Of a DNA stretch of 64,000 bases, positions 55,725 to 64,000 are shown piece by piece. The translations under genes were made by a program, and so were the position numbers. Under the pieces are notes generated by a model. It searched no databases. It had not been told where the DNA came from and worked only from the letters and a program-made list of their open reading frames with translations. This stretch comes from Longimicrobiales bacterium (GTDB taxonomy: Bacteria > Gemmatimonadota > Gemmatimonadetes > Longimicrobiales > Gaopeijiaceae). Within the stretch, counting starts at the first letter, position 1; the number at the start of each line of letters is the position of its first letter. The stretch covers positions 352,001 through 416,000 of the forward strand of contig CBDCKN010000003.1 of assembly GCA_965218295.1 (NCBI GenBank), written 5' to 3'.

Positions 55725-56001
55725 GTCCTCGTCCCTCCACTTGATGGGGTTTCGTGTTCGCTCTTGCGGAGATGAGAAGCTCCCCGGTCCTGGAAGCGCT
55801 CGAGAGCTCCCCGCTGCGGGCGAGCAAACAGGTGGCGTTCAGCAAGTCAAGAGAACCGGTCGAATTCTAAACCACAGAGCCTCCCACGAAGGCCAACATG
55901 CGTAGGGCACGGACGCCGGTTCGCGGCGGCGTGAGCCGTTCGACGCTCACCGTGTCAGGAGGGCGGTGGCCAGCGGGACGGTGTCAGGTGAGAGAGGGTG
56001 G

Positions 56002-56167
56002 TCACGAGGCGCTCAGACGCTCCTCGATTCTGGCGAGGCGCTCCTCGATCTCGCGGAGCTGGTGGATGATCATAACGTGTGTCTTCTTTGCGTCGATTCC
56101 CACCGGGCTAGAGTCGCTGGCGATCTCTTCCTCGATGGCCCGAACCGTTGCCTCGGGGATGTTCATG
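56002..56167 (-). CDS. Small hypothetical protein
   Basis: AGGAG RBS, MNIPEAT...SPVGIDAKKTH, coiled-coil tail. Confidence 0.6.
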
Positions 56168-56343
56168 AATAACTCCTGAAGCGAAGCGGGTCCGTGTGAT
56201 GGAACGGGTGTCTCGTCGGGCTCCGGGACCATACGCGGGCGGGCCTCGGCTGTACAGTGTTGGCCCTCCCCTTAGTTGGGCGGTATCGTGTGTTGGGCAT
56301 GCAGTAGCCTGAGTCGAAGTCGTCACGCCATTCTCCCTGGGAG

Positions 56344-56538
56344 ATGCAAATGTCGGGTGCCGCGAAGCTGTTCGTCCTCCTCGCCCTCCTCGCCTTCCTC
56401 CTGGCCATCGTAGCCAGCCTCTGGATGGGCGCCATCATGGGCATCGGTGCTGAGGCGTATTCCCGAGCCTGTACCAACCTCGCGCTCATCGCCATCGCCA
56501 TCGTCATGGTCTTCGAGGAAGAGGGGTCGGCCGGCTAG
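56344..56538 (+). CDS. Small two-TM membrane protein
   Basis: GGGAG RBS; two hydrophobic segments. Confidence 0.6.
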   Translation: MQMSGAAKLFVLLALLAFLLAIVASLWMGAIMGIGAEAYSRACTNLALIAIAIVMVFEEEGSAG

Positions 56539-56875
56539 AACCGGCCCAGATCACACCCCGGCCGAGCCCGCAGCAAGCGGCCTGGCCCTCCGGGGTTCAG
56601 AGCCCACGTCCAGAGCCCGTGCGGCGGTTTCTTCAAAAGCCCAGGACGTTGGTCCGGATCTTCGTGAGTCCCTGCTCCCTGGCCCAGAGATCCAACTCCA
56701 CGGTGGCCACCTCGTCGACAAGCCGGCAGGATGACCTGCGATCCGCACACGGTGTGGGGCTCTGCAACGTCACCGGTGCTGCACAAAGGCCTGCCCCGAG
56801 GGTATCATAATCACCGACAACGCCATCGTTCCGCTCAAGGAGCGGGTCGTTGCGGGACGTTCGAAGGATTGATCC

Positions 56876-57379
56876 ATGGAATTCGAGCTGAAGGCCCTCT
56901 CGCCGGACAGTATCGAGGCGGCGAAGGAGAGGGCGGTCCGATACCGGCTACTGAACGAGCCGGCCCTGGCCGAGAGTATCTGTCGCGACGTCCTGTCGGT
57001 CGCGCCGGACGATCGTGAGGCCGGAATCACCCTCCTGCTGGCCCTCACCGACCAGTTCACGTCTCCAAGAGGATCCCGGGTTCGTGAGGCGACCGAGCTC
57101 GTGCAGCACCTCGAGAGCGAATACGACAGGCGCTACTACTCGGGCATGATCTGCGAGCGTCGAGGCCTGGCGTCCCTGGCCCATGCGGGACTCGGCTCGG
57201 GGCCCATCGCCTACGACTGGCTGCGTAGGGCCATGGACCACTACGAGTCGGCCGGCGACGTCGGGCCCGAAGGCAACGAGGAGGCGCTCCTGCGCTGGAA
57301 CACGTGCGCCCGGGTGATCATGCGCGACAGCAACATCCGGCCTCTGCCGGATGAGCGGGTCCATACGATGCTGGAGTAG
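56876..57379 (+). CDS. Hypothetical helical (TPR-like) protein
   Basis: Clean ORF with RBS; RYRLLNEP..AESIC, LLRWNTCAR. Confidence 0.7.
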   Translation: MEFELKALSPDSIEAAKERAVRYRLLNEPALAESICRDVLSVAPDDREAGITLLLALTDQFTSPRGSRVREATELVQHLESEYDRRYYSGMICERRGLASLAHAGLGSGPIAYDWLRRAMDHYESAGDVGPEGNEEALLRWNTCARVIMRDSNIRPLPDERVHTMLE

Positions 57380-57403
57380 CGCCCTCCCTAGCGCATCCGT
57401 ACA

Positions 57404-58048
57404 CTACGCTTCGCCTGCGTTCAGGTGCTGCAGATCGAACATCGCAGCGGCCGCCACGCCGCCCAAGATAGGCCCCACCAAATAGATCCACAGGCTGGCC
57501 AGGGACCCGTCACCGGCGAAGGTATCGACGAGGATCGGGCCCGTTCCCACCGCCGGATTGAAGACGCCGCCCGAAACAGGTCCTACGGCGAAGGCGCCCA
57601 CCATGACCGTGAATCCGATGGCGAGACCATAGAAGGAGTTACCGGCGGTGGCGTCGTCCGTGGCCACGTTCAGGACGACGAGGGCCAGCGCGAACGTGAA
57701 GAGGGCCTCACTGAGAAGTACCGCCACGAGCCCCGCATCGGCTCCGGGCCCAGGTGCGAAGGTGTCACCCATGATGACGCGAACGGCGAGGCTCGCCAGG
57801 ATGGCCCCGAAGATCTGTGCGATGATGTAGGGTACGAGGTCCCGTCCCTCCATCTTGCCCCTCATGAGCACGGCGATGCTCACCGCGGGGTTGTAGTGAG
57901 CACCGGAGATGTGGCCGCCCATGTAAACCATCACCATCAGAGCCGACCCGATGGCCAGAGGAGCGAAGGGCGTCCCGTCCAGCACCGTCAAGCCGATGGT
58001 GAGTACGAGAAAGAAGGTTCCGATGGCTTCGGTCAGGTAACGGCTCAT
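57404..58048 (-). CDS. Aquaporin (MIP family)
   Basis: ISGAHYNPAVS and SGGVFNPAV motifs. Confidence 0.93.
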   Translation of the reverse strand: MSRYLTEAIGTFFLVLTIGLTVLDGTPFAPLAIGSALMVMVYMGGHISGAHYNPAVSIAVLMRGKMEGRDLVPYIIAQIFGAILASLAVRVIMGDTFAPGPGADAGLVAVLLSEALFTFALALVVLNVATDDATAGNSFYGLAIGFTVMVGAFAVGPVSGGVFNPAVGTGPILVDTFAGDGSLASLWIYLVGPILGGVAAAAMFDLQHLNAGEA

Positions 58049-58166
58049 GGTACGGATGCTCCATCCACGAGGGGGTGTGCGAGTCTCGTCCGTCCCGGAC
58101 ACGGACTGCGCGGCCGGAATCGAGTGGGCAGTTTGCGCGCCGGCCCGTTGCCCGGCAACCTTCGGC

Positions 58167-60644
58167 ATGAACTCATCGTCTGCAAGCCCTAGCGCGGGCC
58201 TCCGCGTGCTCAAGTTCGGCGGCACGTCGCTCGCCGACGCCGCGCATGTCCGGAGAGTAGCCGCCATCGTGGCGGCACAGTCTGCCAGCAGTCCCACCGT
58301 CGCGGTCGTATCCGCCTTCGAGGGTGTCACCGACGACCTGGCCGAAGCCGCGGCCTGGGCCGAGCAAGGCGATGCCCGCTCCGCCGAGAAGCTGGAGCAG
58401 ATCGGGGAGCGTCACCGAGACGGCGCCGCGGAGCTGGTGTCGGAGGGCGAGCTAGTCGTCGTGACCGAGGCCGTGGAGGCGCTCCTGGATCGGCTGGAGG
58501 AGCTTCTTCAGGGCATTTCCCTCGTCAAGGAGTGCAGTCCGCGCACCAGGGACAGCGTCCTCAGCATCGGCGAGCGCCTCTCGTCGATCCTCGTGGCAGC
58601 GGCCCTCAGGGCCCAGGGGACGGACGCCGCACCGTGCGACGCGGCGAACCTCATCCTGACGGATGCGAATTTCGGGCGTGCATGGGTGGACCTGGAGGCG
58701 AGCCGCTCCCGGGTACGAGAGCACTTCGGACAGTCGGGACCCCTGCAGGTCGTCACGGGCTTCGTAGGCGGTACGGCCGAGGGGGAGACCACCACGCTCG
58801 GGCGAGGCGGATCGGACTACACCGCCACCCTGCTGGGCGCGATGCTGGACGCCGAGGCGGTGGAGATCTGGACCGACGTGAACGGCGTCATGAGCGCGGA
58901 CCCACGCATGGTCCGGGAGGCCTTCTCCCTGAAGAGCCTGAGCTACGACGAGCTCATGGAGCTCTCGCATTGGGGCGCCCGGGTCATGCACCCATCCGCC
59001 GTGCAGCCGGCACGGGAGCAGGACATCCCCATCGTGATCCGCAACACGCTGAATCCCGACTTCCCGGGGACACAGGTGAAGGCCGACCCGGCCCGGGACT
59101 CCGAGTACCCCGTACGCGGCATCGCGTCCATCAACGACATTGCGCTCCTCCGTCTCGAGGGCACGGGTCTCCAGGGCGCCCCCGGGACGGCGCAGCGGCT
59201 CTTTGGCGCGCTTGCCGGTGAGAGGATCAGCGTGATTCTCATCACCCAGGCGTCTAGCGAGCGTTCCATCTGCTTCGCGGTAGAGCCGGGAGAGTCCGCC
59301 CGGGCCGTCGAGCTGATCCATGCCGAGTTCGCCCTCGAGCGCCAGGTGGGCCAGGTGGACGACCTCATCGTCGAGGAGCACTGCTCCGTCCTGGCGGTGG
59401 TGGGAGAAGCCATGCGTGAGACTCCGGGCATCGCCGGCCGCATCTTCGACGTGCTGGGCCACCAACGGGTGAACGTCCGCGCCATCGCTCAGGGCAGCTC
59501 GGAGCTGAACATCTCGCTCGTCGTCACACAGGAGGACGAGGAGCGCGCCCTCCGGGCCATCCACCGGTCCTTCTTCCACCCGCCGGGCCGGAGCGTGCAA
59601 CTCTATGTGACGGGAGTCGGCAGGGTCGGAGCCGCACTGCTGGACCAGCTGAAGGCTCAGGCCCAGAAGCTGCGCCAGGGGGGCGTCGAGATGCGCCTGG
59701 CCGGGGTGGCCCGGAGCAAGAGGGCCGCCATTGATCCCATGGGTCTGGACCTCGGCAGCTGGCGCGAAGTCCTCGAGTCGGGGACCAGCTCGGCATCCGG
59801 CATGCTGGAGCAGGTGCTCGAGTCCGATCATCCCTCCCGAATCTTCGTCGACGCCACGGCCAGCGGGGAGGTGATCGAAGCCTACGAGCCTCTCCTCCAA
59901 GACGGGGTGGCCGTCATCAGCGCCAACAAGCTGGCGTTCTCCAGCTCCATGGAGCGCTTCCAGACGCTGAGAGTCCTGGGCGCCCAGGGGATGGGCATCT
60001 TCTTCGAGACCACGGTCGGGGCAGGCCTTCCCGTTCTGCGGACCATCGAGGACCTGATCTCCACCGGCGACACCATCCAGAGGATCGAGGGGGTTCTCTC
60101 AGGCACCTTGAGCTTCATCTGCGACCGCCTCATGGTGGGCACGCCCTTCAGCGCGGCCCTGCGGGAGGCCGACGAGCGCGGCTTCACCGAGCCCGACCCC
60201 CGGGAAGACCTCGGCGGCCGGGACGTGGCGCGGAAGCTCGTGATCCTGGGACGCATGGCGGGCTTCTCGTTGGAGATGGACGACGTGGAGGTAGAGCCGC
60301 TCCTCCCGGACCAGCCGTGGGTGACGGGGCCGCTAGAAGCCTTCTGGGAGAAGCTTCCCGAGGTAGACGCAGAGTTCAACGAGCGCCGCGCGGCCGCGGT
60401 GGCCGACGACACGGCGCTCGTCTACCTGGGCTCGGTGGAGGACGGCCGAGCCACCGTGCGCATGACGGGCGTGCCAGCCAGCCACGCCTGCAGCGGACTC
60501 TCCAGCAGTGAGAACCTGATAGCCATCACCTCCCGCCGTTATGCGGAAACGCCGCTGGTGGTACGGGGTCCCGGCGCCGGTCCGGAGGTGACGGCCGCCG
60601 GAGTGTTCGCCGACGTCCTCCGGGCTCTGGCGGAATCGTCATGA
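58167..60644 (+). CDS. thrA: Bifunctional aspartokinase / homoserine dehydrogenase
   Basis: KFGGTS, TLGRGGSDY, two ACT domains, GVGRVG, ETTVGAGLP, GPGAG. Confidence 0.95.
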   Translation: MNSSSASPSAGLRVLKFGGTSLADAAHVRRVAAIVAAQSASSPTVAVVSAFEGVTDDLAEAAAWAEQGDARSAEKLEQIGERHRDGAAELVSEGELVVVTEAVEALLDRLEELLQGISLVKECSPRTRDSVLSIGERLSSILVAAALRAQGTDAAPCDAANLILTDANFGRAWVDLEASRSRVREHFGQSGPLQVVTGFVGGTAEGETTTLGRGGSDYTATLLGAMLDAEAVEIWTDVNGVMSADPRMVREAFSLKSLSYDELMELSHWGARVMHPSAVQPAREQDIPIVIRNTLNPDFPGTQVKADPARDSEYPVRGIASINDIALLRLEGTGLQGAPGTAQRLFGALAGERISVILITQASSERSICFAVEPGESARAVELIHAEFALERQVGQVDDLIVEEHCSVLAVVGEAMRETPGIAGRIFDVLGHQRVNVRAIAQGSSELNISLVVTQEDEERALRAIHRSFFHPPGRSVQLYVTGVGRVGAALLDQLKAQAQKLRQGGVEMRLAGVARSKRAAIDPMGLDLGSWREVLESGTSSASGMLEQVLESDHPSRIFVDATASGEVIEAYEPLLQDGVAVISANKLAFSSSMERFQTLRVLGAQGMGIFFETTVGAGLPVLRTIEDLISTGDTIQRIEGVLSGTLSFICDRLMVGTPFSAALREADERGFTEPDPREDLGGRDVARKLVILGRMAGFSLEMDDVEVEPLLPDQPWVTGPLEAFWEKLPEVDAEFNERRAAAVADDTALVYLGSVEDGRATVRMTGVPASHACSGLSSSENLIAITSRRYAETPLVVRGPGAGPEVTAAGVFADVLRALAESS

Positions 60645-61591
60645 GCGACGCGACCGGGGCCCGGGCCTACGCGCCGGCCACCGTGGGAAACGTCATGTGC
60701 GGTTTCGATGTCTTCGGCCTGGCCCTCGAGCGCCCCGGTGACGTGGTCGAGGCCCGGCGGCGCTCCGCGCCCGGGGTGGCGATTGCGGCGATCCACGGCG
60801 ACGGGGGGCGCCTTCCCACCGATCCGGACCAGAACGTCGTGGGCGTGGCCGCGGTAGCCGTGATCGAGGCGGCGGGATTAGAGGGGGTGGGAGTCGAGCT
60901 CGAGGTGTGGAAGGGCCTGCCCCTGTCGGGCGGGATGGGAGGCAGCGCCGCTAGCTCGGTGGCGGCCGTGGTGGCCACGAACGCCCTCCTCGGCGCCGGG
61001 CTGAGCAAGGAGGACCAGCTGCTCTGCACGCTGGAGGGGGAGCGGCGGGCCGCCGGAGTCACCCACTCGGACAACAGCGCCCCTTCCCTTCACGGAGGCA
61101 TCGTCATGGTGCGGCCCGAGCGGCCCGGTGTGGCCATCCCGCTCCCCGTTCCGGACGGCCTCTCGGTAGCGTTGGTCCACCCTTCCTTGGAGCTGGAGAC
61201 GGAGGCGATGCGGCAAGCTCTCCCAAAGGAGGTGCCCCTCGAGCGGGCTGTAGCCCAGTGGGCCAACTGCGCCGCCCTCGTCGTTGGTCTGTACGAGGAG
61301 GACTGGGAGCTCGTGGGCCGAGCGCTGGTGGACGAGATCGCGGCGCCACACCGGACCCCCCACGTGCCCGGATTCAGTGAGGTCTGTTCCGCGGCCCTGG
61401 AGGCGGGCGCGGTAGGTGCGGGCCTGTCCGGATCCGGCCCCTCCATATTCGCGCTCTGTCGGAGCATCGGCGATGCCACCGCCGCGGCGGACGCCATGAC
61501 GCATGCCTTCTCGCACGTGGGGCTGGACGGTGCCGACCGCTACGTATCCCTGGTGGGGAGTGGTGCACGCGTCGTCGAGGACCTCCCTTGA
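60641..61591 (+). CDS. thrB: Homoserine kinase
   Basis: APATVGN, PLSGGMGGSAAS, HSDN, LSGSGPS. Confidence 0.93.
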   Translation: MSDATGARAYAPATVGNVMCGFDVFGLALERPGDVVEARRRSAPGVAIAAIHGDGGRLPTDPDQNVVGVAAVAVIEAAGLEGVGVELEVWKGLPLSGGMGGSAASSVAAVVATNALLGAGLSKEDQLLCTLEGERRAAGVTHSDNSAPSLHGGIVMVRPERPGVAIPLPVPDGLSVALVHPSLELETEAMRQALPKEVPLERAVAQWANCAALVVGLYEEDWELVGRALVDEIAAPHRTPHVPGFSEVCSAALEAGAVGAGLSGSGPSIFALCRSIGDATAAADAMTHAFSHVGLDGADRYVSLVGSGARVVEDLP

Positions 61592-62883
61592 GGCTCCTGA
61601 GCACCAACGGGCGAACTCCCGCCACCGACCTGGGAACCGCGCTGCTGGAAGGACTCGCGCCCGACGGCGGCCTTTACCTGCCCGAACGGTTTACACCCAT
61701 GGCGGACGGGACGCTCGAGGGCCTGCGGGGCCGCTCCTTCTCGGACGTTGCGAGAGAGGTGGCGCGCCACCTCCTGGGCGCCGAAATCACCCCGTCCGAC
61801 GTGGACGCTCTGGTGGAGTCGGCGCTGGACTTTCCCGTGCCCCTCGTGGAGCTGGAGCCGGACGTGTACGTCCTCGAGCTCTTCCACGGACCGACCCTGG
61901 CCTTCAAGGACGTGGGGGCTCGCTTCATGGCGAGACTCCTAGGGCATGTCCGAGAGGAAGACGAAGGGGCGCTCACGGTCCTGGTGGCCACGTCCGGCGA
62001 CACAGGCAGCGCGGTGGCCCACGCGTTCCTTGACGCGGCAGGCGTCCGGACCGTCGTCCTCTTTCCCAGCGGAAAGGTCAGCGCGCTACAGGAGCGGCAG
62101 TTCACAACCCTAGGCGGCAACGTCCGCGCCCTCGAAGTCGACGGCACCTTCGACGATTGCCAGCGGCTGGTGAAAGACGCATTCGCGGACGAGGAGCTCA
62201 GGGCTCAGGTTCGCCTCACCTCGGCCAACTCCATCAATGTCGGCCGTCTTCTTCCGCAGATCTTCTACTACGTCCACGCGTGGGCCCAACTCCCGAAGGG
62301 GCTTCCTCCCATCTTCTCCGTCCCGTCCGGCAACTTCGGGAACCTCACGGGCGGGCTCATCGCGAAGAGGCTGGGGCTCCCGGCCCGCGGATTCGTGGCG
62401 GCGACGAACGTGAACGACACGGTGCCCGAATACCTATGTACCGGGGTGGTAAGGCCCCGGGCCTCCATGCAGACGATATCGAACGCCATGGACGTAGGAG
62501 ACCCGAGCAACCTGGCTCGCATCCTTGCGCTGTACGACGACGACCTGAGCCGCCTCAGCGCCGACGTGGTGGGAAGCGTTCACGACGATCACGAGACCCG
62601 GCGGGCGATCCGTGAGGTCTTCGAGAGGACGGGCTACGTGCTGGATCCCCACTCGGCCGTGGGCTACCTGGGTCTGGAGGCGGGCCGGGTGGCTTTCGGA
62701 GACGGGCCCTCAGTGTCTCTGGCCACGGCCCACCCGGTGAAATTTCGAGAAGCGGTAGAAGCAGAGATCGGAGCACCCGTGCCCGTGCCCGACCGGCTAT
62801 CCGCCTGCTTGAAGGCGGAGCGTCACGTCACTCCGATGGGGGCACGACTCGCGGAGCTTCGGGAGCTGCTGCTGGAGGGATGA
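61588..62883 (+). CDS. thrC: Threonine synthase
   Basis: GLAPDGGLY, FHGPTLAFKD, ATSGDTG, SANSIN, VPSGNFGN. Confidence 0.96.
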   Translation: MRLLSTNGRTPATDLGTALLEGLAPDGGLYLPERFTPMADGTLEGLRGRSFSDVAREVARHLLGAEITPSDVDALVESALDFPVPLVELEPDVYVLELFHGPTLAFKDVGARFMARLLGHVREEDEGALTVLVATSGDTGSAVAHAFLDAAGVRTVVLFPSGKVSALQERQFTTLGGNVRALEVDGTFDDCQRLVKDAFADEELRAQVRLTSANSINVGRLLPQIFYYVHAWAQLPKGLPPIFSVPSGNFGNLTGGLIAKRLGLPARGFVAATNVNDTVPEYLCTGVVRPRASMQTISNAMDVGDPSNLARILALYDDDLSRLSADVVGSVHDDHETRRAIREVFERTGYVLDPHSAVGYLGLEAGRVAFGDGPSVSLATAHPVKFREAVEAEIGAPVPVPDRLSACLKAERHVTPMGARLAELRELLLEG

Positions 62884-62914
62884 GGCGGGAGCCGGTCCGC
62901 GACCGAAGACGGTA

Positions 62915-63370
62915 CTAAAGATCCGGCGGCACGCTCCAGGTCAACTCCCATCTCCCTTCGCCACCCTCGAGGCAAACGATGCCGGCGTTGGTGAAGCGGA
63001 CGGGAGTCGCCTCTGGCGATCCGGTCAGCAGAAATGCGGCTAGGTGGGCGAGAAACGGCAGATGCCCCACCAGCATGACGGTACCGTCCTCACCGCCCAG
63101 CGCTTCGGCCACCGGCCGGACATCGTCCAGCGGAGCCAATCCCGGCGCCATCCTCACCCCGAGCGCGGGCTGAAGGTGGTCGCCCAGGATCTCGGCGGTC
63201 TCGGCGGCTCTCCGCTTGCCACTATGGCGGATCTCGTCGACTCGGAGGCCCTGCTCCGCGGCCCAGGCTCCCATGCGGGAGACGGTGTCGGCCCCCTCGG
63301 GGCGGAGGGGTCTGTCGGGATTCTCGTCCCTCGACACGGCCACGCCGTGTTGAACGAGGAGAAGCCTCAT
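62915..63370 (-). CDS. sixA: Phosphohistidine phosphatase SixA
   Basis: LVQHG, HSGKRRAAETA, LVGHLP. Confidence 0.85.
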   Translation of the reverse strand: MRLLLVQHGVAVSRDENPDRPLRPEGADTVSRMGAWAAEQGLRVDEIRHSGKRRAAETAEILGDHLQPALGVRMAPGLAPLDDVRPVAEALGGEDGTVMLVGHLPFLAHLAAFLLTGSPEATPVRFTNAGIVCLEGGEGRWELTWSVPPDL

Positions 63371-63750
63371 TCAGCCTTGCACGGGGGCGTCGAGGTTCCA
63401 GCAATCCGTGGCGCACCGCCAGCACTCATGATGTCCTCCTGGTTGTGGGCTCCACATGGATCCACCGTGCCGGCCGAAATCCCTCTGCACGGAGGGTACT
63501 GCGGGGGGTCGAGCGAGAACGGATTCCAACGTAGAGACCGGTGCAGGGCGGAGCAACGTTTGGCATACTTTGGCCATCCAATAGTCGGACCTCGGAAATC
63601 CGCGTCGCCATTCGGTGTGGAGGTCCCGAAACCGAAGGGATTCCGTTAACGTATCAACCGTAGGATTTGCTGCGAGGCTTCTGCACCGAAGAGGAGTGGA
63701 GAGGCCTCGTTTTTCAGTAACTATCAGTAACTATTAGACGGGATGAAACT

Positions 63751-64000
63751 GTGAGGGTTCTAAACGTGATATGGACAGGGGTGGCCGTGAGCGTCTTGAT
63801 GGCCACGCCTCTCTCCGGCCAGGGCTACGGACAGTCCGTAGCCGTTGGGGATGGTGAGGTGATCGTCGGGGAGTCGTTGAACACGATGGCCCCCGGATAC
63901 GTGTACGTGTACCGGAAGGGCGTCGGTGGAGAATGGACCGAGGCCCAGCGCCTCGAGGCTTCCAACTCGGCCAAGGGCGACCATTTCGGCCGGTCTCTCG
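63751..64000 (+). CDS. Secreted FG-GAP repeat protein, partial (runs off window)
   Basis: My translation: signal peptide then GYGQSVAVGDGEVIVG...GYVYVY...WTEAQRLEAS...GDHFGRS. Confidence 0.7.
   Translation, partial: MRVLNVIWTGVAVSVLMATPLSGQGYGQSVAVGDGEVIVGESLNTMAPGYVYVYRKGVGGEWTEAQRLEASNSAKGDHFGRSL

Noticed and set aside
63590..63670. Structured RNA upstream of the FG-GAP gene
   Set aside because: Only short hairpins; no match to a riboswitch consensus I know

Overview
High-GC bacterial DNA; gene content suggests Gemmatimonadota (inference only). Homopolymer frameshifts suggest a long-read assembly. The flanks are mostly housekeeping and metabolic genes: a HEAT-repeat protein, a possible lysine/pipecolate catabolic set, an M28 peptidase, a Cys/Met PLP lyase, YcaQ, a Na+/solute symporter, a YchF-like protein, leuABCD with a leader-peptide attenuator, ilvCED, an aquaporin, thrABC and sixA. 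The centre (~10.6-37.5 kb) is a decayed integron cassette array with no integrase in the window. Its cassette or cassette-like genes include HigBA, a serine hydrolase and a DUF2867-like protein. It is buried under nested IS481 (two types), IS30, IS3, IS256 and IS110-family elements whose order of insertion can be read from target duplications. Main result: two unrelated IS110-family recombinases sit in attC sites, and each carries a non-coding region with a readable bridge-RNA-like target-binding loop whose guides match the attC sequence it occupies. An IS1111-type element targets GTCGCG-CA-GCAGAA next to the L' box. An IS621-like element with a CT core targets the R' box GTTAG^AY itself.
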